From Nemertoderma westbladi (lineage: Eukaryota > Animalia > Xenacoelomorpha): 64,000 nt of DNA. The notes under the pieces are model-generated. The model made no database searches and was not told the DNA's origin. It worked only from the letters and a program-made list of their open reading frames with translations. How positions within the stretch are numbered: the first letter of the stretch is position 1; every line of letters starts with the position of its first letter. Both the position numbers and the translations under genes were made by a program. The stretch lies in assembly GCA_032718475.1 (NCBI GenBank), contig JAUCBJ010006705.1, positions 1-64,000 on the forward strand, written 5' to 3'. Of this stretch, positions 49,470-63,400 are shown one piece after another.

Positions 49470-50040
49470 AAATATTACGCTACGCGTACAAACTACTCAA
49501 ACAAAATGCAGACCAAATACTGACAGACTACTATCAAGCTTAAACAAACTACGGTATATGTAGACTCCGAAATGGTTAAGTAGTATGCGTTCTAACCCAG
49601 TAGTACGACTTATTCTTTAGATGGGGGTTTACCTTACAGCAATGGCTGCCCCTACTTCCTAACCATTCTTTATCGGACAGATGCTTTACACACACCGAAA
49701 TTTCCTCAAACCCAACAGCAGCCAGACAACTATCCAGCCTACAAATTATCTAAATAAAATTATACGCTACCCGTACAAACTACACAAACAAAGTATAGAC
49801 CAAACGCTGGCAGACTCCTATCAAGCCTAAATAAACCACAGGACATGCAGACTCCGAAATGGTTAAGTAGTATGCGTTCTAACCCAGTAGTACGACTTAT
49901 TCTTTAGATGGGGGTTTACCTTACAGCAATGGATGCCCCTACTTCCTAACCGTTCTTTATCGGACATACACTCTACATGCACTGCAATCCGTTCAGACCT
50001 AATCAACAGTTAGCCAACAGTCAAGCCTACAAATTATCTG
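49470..50040. repeat. ~287-bp tandem duplication in the 5' leader with a near-identical ~112-bp core
   Basis: Cores at 49566-49677 and 49853-49964. The flanks are more diverged. Confidence 0.9.
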
Positions 50041-50320
50041 TACAATCTGAGCGGGCTTACACGCCTTCTGCTCAATACTGGCCTACAAATAAATAAAACT
50101 GACAGAAATAAGTAAGCTCCAAAAGAAACAAGGGGTGTACAGTCCCTAATCTCTTAAACAGCCTACCGGTATACAATACCACAATCGAATAATACTGCTG
50201 TACCTGTACCGTAAGTAGGTACCGGTCCGGATGATCAGGCAGTCAGGCCTACTGGTTACCGGTCGACCGGTACTTTCTACTAGATTGCTTACACCGCAAT
50301 CCAGAAGCAATATCTGTTAT

Positions 50321-51479
50321 TGTTTGCGCTTTTGAAGACCTTTGACAGTTTAACCTGCCAAAATTAGAATGTCTTTTGGATGATAGATAGTCTTTAGCCT
50401 ATGACGAGTATTTAATACACTACATTAGCCGAAGCCAGTCTATGCGCAATCATTCACCCGTTGGATATACCCGGGAGACTGAGTTCGGAGCTTAATGATT
50501 GATGGTGTAAGCCTACTGTATTATTCGACTGATCGTAATATATAATCTCTGACAAATATTATTCACTTTCGGGAAATATCAACAGTTCCTTTAGGACGTG
50601 GCGCTCTAAATATGTAAACAGAGTTATGACTTAAACTAGACACAACGAAAAGGCTATAGATTCACGTATATGGCGCATTCTTTAGGAGATGCTTTGTTAT
50701 CAGTTACACTCATACACAATGCTGCACAATACTGCACACTAATCTGCCGACCTTCACTAAATTTGGTCACGTATAAAGAGAGCAACAGACAATTTATGTT
50801 GGGCATATGAAATAGCATTAGATTCACTTCAAACCACTTAACATAGGTCGCAATCGTTTATCTGTAACCGGTCTCTCTAACCTTTAGTATATCAAGAAGG
50901 TGGGGTGTCTGACTATTGATCAGTATTCCGATACAATATTTCATCAACAAATATAATGAATAACCGACAGCAAAAGCAGTAATATTAGTAATTTATGGAT
51001 AGTGAGTGAGTAAGTAAGTAGCTCGTTAACAGATATACGTTCTATAATTAAGCCTACTAATGTAAGACTAAAGACTGAAAACACGGAGGTGACAAAAGCC
51101 GATGTTCTTAGGCTCTGGGCAAAAACATAACACTGAACTACTGAGTTCTGTATACACCTCCAACACAGAGACAAAAAACGCTCTGATTGGTCAACCGAAC
51201 AACTAGAGAACAAAGAAACAAAGAAATGTCGACGTGGCAATATCAGCTGTTAGCCGTCGTCATGGTAGCGACACTGTTTTCAAGAGTATCTAGCTTATCG
51301 CGTCACGAGATTGCGGATTATGTCCTCTAAAGTACGAATACAGTGCAAATACAGAAGAAATGACTTTTATGTCCTCTAAAACACCAGTACAGCAAGGACA
51401 CGGCCTTTTTATGCCTGGTAAACCAACTACAGAGTACTTTAAGGGAAAATAACCGGTTAATGACGCAAAAGCTTTTACA
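50321..51479 (-). repeat. 5' LTR (1159 bp)
   Basis: Direct repeat of 32812-33971. Contains a CCAAT box and TCAGT initiator-like motifs on the minus strand. Confidence 0.97.
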
Positions 51480-54400
51480 AGGTAGGAGGAAGCCTTGTTC
51501 TGGCACAATAAGGTAAGGTAAGGTAGGAGGAAGCCTTGTTCTGGCACAATAAGGTAAGGTAGGAGGAAGCCTTGTTCTGGTACAATAAGGTAAGGTAGGA
51601 GGAAGCCTTTTTCTGGCACAATAAGGTAAGGTAAGGTAGGAGGAAGCCTTGTTCTGGCACAATAAGGTAAGGTAAGGTAGGAGGAAGCCTTGTTCTGGCA
51701 CAATAAGGTAAGGTAGAAGGAAGCCTTGTTCTGGCACAATAAGGTAAGGTAGGAGGAAGCCTTGTTCTGGCACAATAAGGTAAGGTAGGAGGAAGCCTTG
51801 TTCTGGCACAATAAGGTCAGGTAGGAGGAAGCCTTGTTCTGGCACAATAGGGTAAGGTAAGAGGAAGCCTTGTTCTGGCACAATAAGGTAAGGTAGGAGG
51901 AAGCCTTGTTCTGGCCCAATAAGGTAAGGTAGGAGGAAGCCTTGTTCTGGCACAATAAGGTAAGGTAGGAGGAAGCCTTGTTCTGGCACAATAAGGTAAG
52001 GTAGGAGGAAGCCTTGTTCTGGCACAATAAGGTAAGGTAGGAGGAAGCCTTGTTCTGGCACAATAAGGTAAGGTAGGAGGAAGCCTTGTTCTGGCACAAT
52101 AAGGTAAGGTAGGAGGAAGCCTTGTTCTGGCACAATAAGGTAAGGTAAGGTAGGAGGAAGCCTTGTTCTGGCACAATAAGGTAAGGTAGGAGGAAGCCTT
52201 GTTCTGGCACAATAATGTAAGGTAGGAGGAAGCCTTGTTCTGGCACAATAAGGTAAGGTAAGGTAGGAGGAAGCCTTGTTCTGGCACAATAAGGTAAGGT
52301 AGGAGGAAGCCTTGTTCTGGCACAATAAGGTAAGGTAAGGTAAGGTAGGAGGAAGCCTTGTTCTGGCACAATAAGGTAAGATAGGAGGAAGCCTTGTTCT
52401 GGCACAATAAGGTAAGGTAGGAGGAAGCCTTGTTCTGGCACAATAAGGTAAGGTAAGGTAAGGTAGGAGGAAGCCTTGTTCTGGCACAATAAGGTAAGGT
52501 AGGAGGAAGCCTTGTTCTGGCACAATAAGGTAAGGTAAGGTAAGGTAGGAGGAAGCCTTGTTCTGGCACAATAAGGTAAGATAGGAGGAATCCTTATTCT
52601 GGCACAATAAGGTAAAGTAAGGTAGGAGGAAGCCTTGTTCTGGCACAATAAGGTAAGGTAGGAGGAAGCCTTGTTCTGGCACAATAATGTAAGGTAGGAG
52701 GAAGCCTTGTTCTGGCACAATAAGGTAAGGTAAGGTAGGAGGAAGCCTTGTTCTGGCACAATAAGGTAAGGTAAGGTAGGAGGAAGCCTTGTTCTGGCAC
52801 AATAAGGTAAGGTAGGAGGAGGCCTTGTTCTGGCACAATAAGGTAAGGTAAGGTAGGAGGAAGCCTTGTTCTGGTCCAATAAGGTAAGGTAAGGTAGGAG
52901 GAAGCCTTGTTCTGGCACAATAAGGTAAGGTAAGGTAGGAGGAAGCCTTGTTCTGGCACAATAAGGTAAGGTAGGAGGAAGCCTTGTTCTGGTACAATAA
53001 GGTAAGGTAGGAGGAAGCCTTTTTCTGGCACAATAAGGTAAGGTAAGGTAGGAGGAAGCCTTGTTCTGGCACAATAAGGTAAGGTAAGGTAGGAGGAAGC
53101 CTTGTTCTGGCACAATAAGGTAAGGTAGAAGGAAGCCTTGTTCTGGCACAATAAGGTAAGGTAGGAGGAAGCCTTGTTCTGGCACAATAAGGTAAGGTAG
53201 GAGGAAGCCTTGTTCTGGCCCAATAAGGTAAGGTAGGAGGAAGCCTTGTTCTGGCACAATAAGGTAAGGTAGGAGGAAGCCTTGTTCTGGCACAATAAGG
53301 TAAGGTAGGAGGAAGCCTTGTTCTGGCACAATAAGGTAAGGTAGGAGGAAGCCTTGTTCTGGCACAATAAGGTAAGGTAAGGTAGGAGGAAGCCTTGTTC
53401 TGGCACAATAAGGTAAGGTAGGAGGAAGCCTTGTTCTGGCACAATAATGTAAGGTAGGAGGAAGCCTTGTTCTGGCACAATAAGGTAAGGTAAGGTAGGA
53501 GGAAGCCTTGTTCTGGCACAATAAGGTAAGGTAGGAGGAAGCCTTGTTCTGGCACAATAAGGTAAGGTAAGGTAAGGTAGGAGGAAGCCTTGTTCTGGCA
53601 CAATAAGGTAAGATAGGAGGAAGCCTTGTTCTGGCACAATAAGGTAAGGTAGGAGGAAGCCTTGTTCTGGCACTAAGGTAAGGTAAGGTAAGGTAGGAGG
53701 AAGCCTTGTTCTGGCACAATAAGGTAAGGTAGGAGGAAGCCTTGTTCTGGCACAATAAGGTAAGGTAAGGTAAGGTAGGAGGAAGCCTTGTTCTGGCACA
53801 ATAAGGTAAGATAGGAGGAATCCTTATTCTGGCACAATAAGGTAAAGTAAGGTAGGAGGAAGCCTTGTTCTGGCACAATAAGGTAAGGTAGGAGGAAGCC
53901 TTGTTCTGGCACAATAATGTAAGGTAGGAGGAAGCCTTGTTCTGGCACAATAAGGTAAGGTAAGGTAGGAGGAAGCCTTGTTCTGGCACAATAAGGTAAG
54001 GTAAGGTAGGAGGAAGCCTTGTTCTGGCACAATAAGGTAAGGTAGGAGGAGGCCTTGTTCTGGCACAATAAGGTAAGGTAAGGTAGGAGGAAGCCTTGTT
54101 CTGGTCCAATAAGGTAAGGTAAGGTAGGAGGAAGCCTTGTTCTGGCACAATAAGGTAAGGTAAGGTAGGAGGAAGCCTTGTTCTGGCACAATAAGGTAAG
54201 GTAGGAGGAAGCCTTGTTCTGGCACAATAAGGTAAGGTAAGGTAGGAGGAAGCCTTGTTCTGGTCCAATAAGGTAAGGTAAGGTAGGAGGAAGCCTTGTT
54301 CTGGCACAATAAGGTAAGGTAAGGTAGGAGGAAGCCTTGTTCTGGCACAATAAGGTAAGGTAGGAGGAAGCCTTGTTCTGGTCCAATAAGGTAAGGTAAG

Positions 54401-57400
54401 GTAGGAGGAAGCCTTGTTCTGGCACAATAAGGTAAGGTAAGGTAGGAGGAAGCCTTGTTCTGGCACAATAAGGTAAGGTAGGAGGAAGCCTTGTTCTGGC
54501 ACAATAAGGTAAGGTAAGGTAGGAGGAAGCCTTGTTCTGGCACAATAAGGTAAGGTAGGAGGAAGCCTTGTTCTGGCACAATAAGGTAAGGTAGGAGGAA
54601 GCCTTGTTCTGGCACAATAAGGTAAGGTAGGAGGAAGCCTTGTTCTGGCACAATAAGGTAAGGTAGGAGGAAGCCTTGTTCTGGCACAATAAGGTAAGGT
54701 AGGAGGAAGCCTTGTTTTGGCACAATAAGTTAAGGTAGGAGGAAGCCTTGTTCTGGCACAATAAGGTAAGGTAGGAGGAAGCCTTGTTCTGGCACAATAA
54801 GGTAAGGTAGGAGGAAGCCTTTTTCTGGCACAATAAGGTAAGGTAAGGTAGGAGGAAGCCTTGTTCTGGCACAATAAGGTACGGTAAGGTAGGAGGAAGC
54901 CTTGTTCTGGCACAATAAGGTAAGGTAGAAGGAAGCCTTGTTCTGGCACAATAAGGTAAGGTAGGAGGAAGCCTTGTTCTGGCACAATAAGGTAAGGTAG
55001 GAGGAAGCCTTGTTCTGGCCCAATAAGGTAAGGTAGGAGGAAGCCTTGTTCTGGCACAATAAGGTAAGGTAGGAGGAAGCCTTGTTCTGACACAATAAGG
55101 TAAGGTAGGAGGAAGCCTTGTTCTGGCACAATAAGGTAAGGTAGGAGGAAGCCTTGTTCTGGCACAATAAGGTAAGGTAGGAGGAAGCCTTGTTCTGGCA
55201 CAATAAGGTAAGGTAGGAGGAAGCCTTGTTCTGGCACAGTAAGGTAAGGTAAGGTAGGAGGAAGCCTTGTTCTGGCACAATAAGGTAAGGTAGGAGGAAG
55301 CCTTGTTCTGGCACAATAATGTAAGGTAGGAGGAAGCCTTGTTCTGGCACAATAAGGTAAGGTAAGGTAGGAGGAAGCCTTGTTCTGGCACAATAAGGTA
55401 AGGTAGGAGGAAGCCTTGTTCTGGCACAATAAGGTAAGGTAAGGTAAGGTAGGAGGAAGCCTTGTTCTGGCACAATAAGGTAAGATAGGAGGAAGCCTTG
55501 TTCTGGCACAATAAGGTAAGGTAAGGTAAGGTAGGAGGAAGCCTTGTTCTGGCACAATAAGGTAAGATAGGAGGAATCCTTATTCTGGCACAATAAGGTA
55601 AAGTAAGGTAGGAGGAAGCCTTGTTCTGGCACAATAAGGTAAGGTAGGAGGAAGCCTTGTTCTGGCACAATAATGTAAGGTAGGAGGAATCCATATTCTG
55701 GCACAATAAGGTAAAGTAAGGTAGGAGGAAGCCTTGTTCTGGCACAATAAGGTAAGGTAGGAGGAAGCCTTGTTCTGGCACAATAATGTAAGGTAGGAGG
55801 AAGCCTTGTTCTGGCACAATAAGGTAAGGTAAGGTAGGAGGAAGCCTTGTTCTGGCACAATAAGGTAAGGTAAGGTAGGAGGAAGCCTTGTTCAGGCACA
55901 ATAACGTAAGGTAGGAGGAAGCCTTGTTCTGGCACAATAAGGTAAGGTAGGAGGAAGCCTTGTTCTGGCACAATAAGGTAAGGTAGGAGGAAGCCTTGTT
56001 CTGGCACAATAAGGTAAGGTAGGAGGAAGCCTTGTTCTGGCACAATAAGGTAAGGTAAGGTAGGAGGAAGCCTTGTTCTGGCACAATAAGGTAAAGTAAG
56101 GTAAGAGGAAGCCTTGTTCTGGCACAATAAGGTAAGGTAAGGTAGGAGGGAGCCTTGTTCAGGCACAATAAGGTAAGGTAGGAGGAAGCCTTGTTCTGGC
56201 ACAATAAGGTAAGGTAGGAGGAAGCCTTGTTCTGGCACAATAAGGTAAGGTAAGGTAAGGTAGGAGGAAGCCTTGTTCTGGCACAATAAGGTAAGATAGG
56301 AGGAATCCTTATTCTGGTACAATAAGGTAAAGTAAGGTAGGAGGAAGCCTTGTTCTGGCACAATAAGGTAAGGTAGGAGGAAGCCTTGTTCTGGCACAAT
56401 AATGTAAGGTAGGAGGAAGCCTTGTTCTGGCACAATAAGGTAAGGTAAGGTAGGAGGAAGCCTTGTTCTGGCACAATAAGGTAAGGTAAGGTAGGAGGAA
56501 GCCTTGTTCAGGCACAATAACGTAAGGTAGGAGGAAGCCTTGTTCTGGCACAATAAGGTAAGGTAGGAGGAAGCCTTGTTCTGGCACAATAAGGTAAGGT
56601 AGGAGGAAGCCTTGTTCTGGCACAATAAGGTAAGGTAGGAGGAAGCCTTGTTCTGGCACAATAAGGTAAGGTAAGGTAGGAGGAAGCCTTGTTCTGGCAC
56701 AATAAGGTAAAGTAAGGTAGGAGGAAGCCTTGTTCTGGCACAATAAGGTAAGGTAAGGTAGGAGGGAGCCTTGTTCAGGCACAATAAGGTAAGGTAGGAG
56801 GAAGCCTTGTTCTGGCACAATAAGGTAAGGTAGGAGGAAGCCTTGTTCTGGCACAATAAGGTAAGGTAGGAGGAAGCCTTGTTCTGGTACAATAAGGTAA
56901 GGTAGGAGGAAGCCTTGTTCTGGCACAATAAGGTAAGGTAGGAGGAAGCCTTGTTCTGGCACAATAAGGTAAGGTAGGAGGAAGCCTTGTTCTGGCACAA
57001 TAAGGTAAGGTAAGGTAGGAGGGAGCCTTGTTCTGGCACAATAAGGTAAGGTAAGGTAGGAGGGAGCCTTGTTCAGGCACAATAAGGTAAGGTAGGAGGA
57101 AGCCTTGTTCTGGCACAATAAGGTAAGGTAGGAGGAAGCCTTGTTCTGGCACAATAAGGTAAGGTAGGAGGAAGCCTTGTTCTGGTACAATAAGGTAAGG
57201 TAGGAGGAAGCCTTGTTCTGGCACAATAAGGTAAGGTAGGAGGAAGCCTTGTTCTGGCACAATAAGGTAAGGTAGGAGGAAGCCTTGTTCTGGCACAATA
57301 AGGTAAGGTAGGAGGAAGCCTTGTTCTGGCACAATAAGGTAAGGTAGGAGGAAGCCTTGTTCTGGCACAATAAGGTAAGGTAGGAGGAAGCCTTGTTCTG

Positions 57401-60400
57401 GCACAATAAGGTAAGGTAGGAGGAAGCCTTGTTCTGGCACAATAAGGTAAGGTAGGAGGAAGCCTTGTTCTGGCACAATAAGGTAAGGTAGGAGGAAGCC
57501 TTGTTCTGGCACAATAAGGTAAGGTAGGAGGGAGCCTTGTTCTGGCACAATAAGGTAAGTTAAGGTAGGAGGGAGCCTTGTTCTGGCACAATAAGGTAAG
57601 GTAGGAGGAAGCCTAGTTCTGGCACAATAAGGTAAGGTAGGAGGAAGCCTTGTTCTGGCACAATAAGGTAAGGTAGGAGGAAGCCTTGTTCTGGCACAAT
57701 AAGGTAAGGTAAGGTAGGAGGGAGCCTTGTTCTGGCACAATAAGGTAAGGTAAGGTAGGAGGGAGCCTTGTTCTGGCACAATAAGGTAAGGTAGGAGGAA
57801 GCCTTGTTCTGGCACAATAAGGTAAGGTAGGAGGAAGCCTTGTTGTGGCACAATAAGGTAAGGTAGGAGGAAGCCTTGTTCTGGCACAATAAGGTAAGGT
57901 AGGAGGAAGCCTTGTTCTGGCACAATAAGGTAAGGTAGGAGGAAGCCTTGTTTTGGCACAATAAGTTAAGGTAGGAGGAAGCCTTGTTCTGGCACAATAA
58001 GGTAAGGTAGGAGGAAGCCTTGTTCTGGCACAATAAGGTAAGGTAGGAGGAAGCCTTGTTCTGGCACAATAAGGTAAGGTAAGGTAGGAGGAAGCCTTGT
58101 TCTGGCACAATAAGGTAAGGTAAGGTAGGAGGAAGCCTTGTTCTGGCACAATAAGGTAAGGTAGGAGGAAGACTTGTTCTGGCACAATAAGGTAAGGTAG
58201 GAGGAAGCCTTGTTCTGGCACAATAAGGTAAGGTAGGAGGAAGCCTTGTTCTGGCACAACAAGGTAAGGTAGGAGGAAGCCTTGTTCTGGCACAATAAGG
58301 TAAGGTAGGAGGAAGCCTTGTTCTGGCACAATAAGGTAAGGTAGGAGGAAGCCTTGTTCTGGCACAATAAGGTAAGGTAGGAGGAAGCCTTGTTCTGGCA
58401 CAATAAGTTAAGGTAGGAGGAAGCCTTGTTCTGGCACAATAAGGTAAGGTAGGAGGAAGCCTTGTTCTGGCACAATAAGGTAAGGTAGGAGGAAGCCTTG
58501 TTCTGGCACAATAAGGTAAGGTAGGAGGAAGCCTTGTTCTGGCACAATAAGGTAAGGTAGGAGGAAGCCTTGTTCTGGCACAATAAGATAAGGTAGGAGG
58601 AAGCCTTGTTCTGGCACAATAAGGTAAGGTAGGAGGAAGCCTTGTTCTGGCACAATAAGGTAAGGTAGGAGGAAGCCTTGTTCTGGCACAATAAGGTAAG
58701 GTAGGAGGAAGCCTTGTTCTGGCACAATAAGGTAAGGTAGGAGGAAGCCTTGTTCTGGCACAATAAGGTAAGGAAAGAGGAAGCCTTGTTCAGGCACAAT
58801 AAGGTAAGGTAGGAGGAAGCCTTGTTCTGGCACAATAAGGTAAGGTAGGAGGAAGCCTTGTTCTGGCACAATAAGGTAAGGTAAGGTAGGAGCGAGCCTT
58901 GTTCTGGCACAATAAGGTAAGGTAAGGTAGGAGGGAGCCTTGTTCTGGCACAATAAGGTAAGGTAGGAGGAAGCCTTGTTCTGGCACAATAAGGTAAGGT
59001 AGGAGGAAGCCTTGTTCTGGCACAATAAGGTAAGGTAGGAGGAAGCCTTGTTCTGGCACATTAAGGTAAGGTAAGGTAGGAGGAAGCCTTGTTCTGGCAC
59101 AATAAGGTAAGGTGGGAGGAAGCCTTGTTCTGGCACAATAAGGTAAGGTAGGAGGAAGCCTTGTTCTGGCACAATAAGGTAATGTAAGGTAGGAGGAAGC
59201 CTTGTTCTGGCACAATAAGGTAAGGTAGGAGGAAGCCTTGTTCTGGCACAATAAGGTAAGGTAGGAGGAAGCCTTGTTCTGGCACAATAAGGTAAGGTAG
59301 GAGGAAGCCTTGTTCTGGCACAATAAGGTAAGGTAAGGTAGGAGGAAGCCTTGTTCAGGCACAATAAGGTAAGGTAGGAGGAAGCCTTGTTCTGGCACAA
59401 TAAGGTAAGGTAAGGTAGGAGCGAGCCTTGTTCTGGCACAATAAGGTAAGGTAAGGTAGGAGCGAGCCTTGTTCTGGCACAATAAGGTAAGGTAAGGTAG
59501 GAGGGAGCCTTGTTCTGGCACAATAAGGTAAGGTAGGAGGAAGCCTTGTTCTGGCACAATAAGGTAAGGTCGGAGGAAGCCTTGTTCTGGCACAATAAGG
59601 TAAGGTAAGGTAGGAGGGAGCCTTGTTCTGGCACAATAAGGTAAGGTAGGAGGAAGCCTTGTTCTGGCACAATAAGGTAAGGTAGGAGGAAGCCTTGTTC
59701 TGGCACAATAAGGTAAGGTAGGAGGAAGCCTTGTTCTGGCACAATAAGGTAAGGTAGGAGGAAGCCTTGTTCTGGCACAATAAGGTAAGGTAAGGTAGGA
59801 GGGAGCCTTGTTCTGGCACAATAAGGTAAGGTAAGGTAGGAGGAAGCCTTGTTCTGGCACAATAAGGTAAGGAAGGAGGAATCCTTGTTCTGGCACAATA
59901 AGGTAAGGTAGGAGGAAGCCTTGTTCTGGCACAATAAGGTAAGGTAAGAGGAAGCCTTGTTCTGGCACAATAAGGTAAGGTAAGGTAGGAGGGAGCCTTG
60001 TTCTGGCACAATAAGGTAAGGTAAGGTAGGAGGGAGCCTTGTTCTGGCACAATAAGGTAAGGTAAGGTAGGAGGAAGCCTTGTTCTGGCACAATAAGGTA
60101 AGGAAGGAGGAAGCCTTGTTCTGGCACAATAAGGTAAGGTAGGAGGAAGCCTTGTTCTGGCAATATAAGGTAAGGTAGGAGGAAGCCTTGTTCTCGCACA
60201 ATAAGGTAAGGTAAGGTAGGAGGAAGCCTTGTTCTGGCACTATAAGGTAAGGTAGGAGGAAGCCTTGTTCTGGCACTATAAGGTAAGGTAGGAGGAAGCC
60301 TTTTTCTGGCACAATAAGGTAAGGTAAGGTAGGAGGAAGCCTTGTTCTGGCACAATAAGGTAAGGTAGGAGGAAGCCTTGTTCTGGTACAATAAGGTAAG

Positions 60401-63400
60401 GTAGGAGGGAGCCTTGTTCTGGTACAATAAGGTAAGGTAGGAGGAAGCCTTGTTCTGGCACAATAAGGTAAGGTAGGAGGAAGCCTTGTTCTGGTACAAT
60501 AAGGTAAGGTAGGAGGAAGCCTTGTTCTGGTACAATAAGGTAAGGTAGGAGGAAGCCTTGTTCTGGCACAATAAGGTAAGGTAGGAGGAAGCCTTGTTCT
60601 GGTACAATAAGGTAAGGTAGGAGGAAGCCTTGTTCTGGCAATATAAGGTAAGGTAGGAGGAAGCCTTGTTCTCGCACAATAAGGTAAGGTAAGGTAGGAG
60701 GAAGCCTTGTTCTGGCACTATAAGGTAAGGTAGGAGGAAGCCTTGTTCTGGCACAATAAGGTAAGGTAGGAGGAAGCCTTGTTCTGGCACAATAAGGTAA
60801 GGTAGGAGGAAGCCTTGTTCTGGCACAATAAGGTAAGGTAGGAGGAAGCCTTATTCTGGCACAATAAGGTAAGGTAGGAGGAAGCCTTGTTCTCGCACAA
60901 TAAGGTAAGGTAAGGTAGGAGGAAGCCTTGTTCTGGCACTATAAGGTAAGGTAGGAGGAAGCCTTGTTCTGGCACAATAAGGTAAGGTAGGAGGAAGCCT
61001 TGTTCTGGCACAATAAGGTAAGGTAGGAGGAAGCCTTGTTCTGGCACAATAAGGTAAGGTAGGAGGAAGCCTTGTTCTGGTACAATAAGGTAAGGTAGGA
61101 GGAAGCCTTGTTCTGGCAATATAAGGTAAGGTAGGAGGAAGCCTTGTTCTCGCACAATAAGGTAAGGTAAGGTAGGAGGAAGCCTTGTTCTGGCACTATA
61201 AGGTAAGGTAGGAGGAAGCCTTGTTCTGGCACAATAAGGTAAGGTAGGAGGAAGCCTTGTTCTGGCACAATAAGGTAAGGTAGGAGGAAGCCTTGTTCTG
61301 GCACAATAAGGTAAGGTAGGAGGAAGCCTTATTCTGGCACAATAAGGTAAGGTAGGAGGAAGCCTTGTTCTGGCACTATAAGGTAAGGTAGGAGGAAGCC
61401 TTGTTCTGGCACAATAAGGTAAGTTAGGAGGAAGCCTTGTTCTGGCACAATAAGGTAAGGTAGGAGGAAGCCTTGTTCTGGCACAATAAGGTAAGGTAGG
61501 AGGAAGCCTTGTTCTGGCACAATAAGGTAAGTTAGGAGGAAGCCTTGTTCTGGCACAATAAGGTAAGGTAGGAGGAAGCCTTGTTCTGGCACTATAAGGT
61601 AAGGTAGGAGGAAGCCTTGTTCTGGCACAATAAGGTAAGTTAGGAGGAAGCCTTGTTCTGGCACAATAAGGTAAGGTAGGAGGAAGCCTTGTTCTGGCAC
61701 AATAAGGTAAGGTAGGAGGAAGCCTTGTTCTGGCACTATAAGGTAAGGTAGGAGGAAGCCTTGTTCTGGCACAATAAGGTAAGGTAGGAGGAAGCCTTAT
61801 TCTGGCACAATAAGGTAAGGTAGGAGGAAGACTTGTTCTGGCACAATAAGGTAAGGTAGGAGGAAGCCTTGTTCTGGCACAATAAGGTAAGGTAGGAGGA
61901 AGCCTTGTTCTGGCACAATAAGGTAAGGTAGGAGGAAGCCTTGTTCTGGCACAATAAGGTAAGTTAGGAGGAAGCCGTGTTCTGGTACAATAAGGTAAGG
62001 TAGGAGGAAGCCTTGTTCTGGCACAATAAGGTAAGTTAGGAGGAAGCCTTGTTCTGGTACAATAAGGTAAGGTAGGAGGAAGCCTTGTTCTGGCACAATA
62101 AGGTAAGGTAGGAGGAAGCCTTGTTCTGGCACAATAAGGTAAGGTAGGAGGAAGCCTTGTTCTGGCACAATAAGGTAAGGTAGGAGAAAGCCTTGTTCTG
62201 GCACAATAAGGTAAGGTAGGAGGAAGCCTTGTTCTGGCACAATAAGGTAAGGTAGGAGGAAGCCTTGTTCTGGCACAATAAGGTAAGGTAGGAGGAAGCC
62301 TTGTTCTGGCACAATAAGGTAAGGTAGGAGGAAGCCTTGTTCTGGCACAATAAGGTAAGGTAGGAGGAAGCCTTGTTCTGGCACAATAAGGTAAGGTAGG
62401 AGGAAGCCTTGTTCTGGCACAATAAGGTAAGGTAGGAGGAAGCCTTGTTCTGGCACAATAAGGTAAGGTAGGAGGAAGCCTTGTTCTGGCACAATAAGGT
62501 AAGTTAGGAGGAAGCCTTGTTCTGGTACAATAAGGTAAGGTAGGAGGAAGCCTTGTTCTGGCACAATAAGGTAAGTTAGGAGGAAGCCTTGTTCTGGTAC
62601 AATAAGGCAAGGTAGGAGGAAGCCTTGTTCTGGCACAATAAGGTAAGGTAGGAGGAAGACTTGTTCTGGCACAATAAGGTAAGGTAGGAGGAAGCCTTGT
62701 TCTGGCACTATAAGGTAAGGTAGGAGGAAGCCTTGTTCTGGCACAATAAGGTAAGGTAAGGTAGGAGGAAGCCTTGTTCTGGCACAATAAGGTAAGGTAG
62801 GAGGAAGCCTTATTCTGGCACAATAAGGTAAGGTAGGAGGAAGCCTTGTTCTGGCACTATAAGGTAAGGTAGGAGGAAGCCTTGTTCTGGCACAATAAGG
62901 TAAGGTAAGGTAGGAGGAAGCCTTGTTCTGGCACAATAAGGTAAGGTAGGAGGAAGCCTTATTCTGGCACAATAAGGTAAGGTAGGAGGAAGCCTTGTTC
63001 TGGCACAATAAGGTAAGGTAGGAGGAAGCCTTGTTCTGGCACAATAAGGTAAGGTAGGAGGAAGCCTTGTTCTGGCACTATAAGGTAAGGTAGGAGGAAG
63101 CCTTGTTCTGGCACAATAAGGTAAGGTAAGGTAGGAGGAAGCCTTGTTCTGGCACAATAAGGTAAGGTAGGAGGAAGTCTTGTTCTGGCACTATAAGGTA
63201 AGGTAGGAGGAAGCCTTGTTCTGGCACAATAAGGTAAGGTAAGGTAGGAGGAAGCCTTATTCTGGCACAATAAGGTAAGGTAAGAGGAAGCCTTGTTCTG
63301 GCACAATAAGGTAAAGTAAGGGAGGAGGAAGCCTTGTTCTGGCACAATAAGGTAAGGTAGGAGGAAGCCTTATTCTGGCACAATAAGGTAAAGTAAGGGA

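Larger units (their letters stand above)
32812..51479 (-). mobile_element. Full-length BEL/Pao LTR retrotransposon, 18,668 bp, with an extra accessory gene
   Basis: Two TG...CA LTRs, TSD AGGTA (32807-32811 and 51480-51484), domain order gag-PR-RT-RH-IN with BEL-type motifs, and a PPT. Confidence 0.97.
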
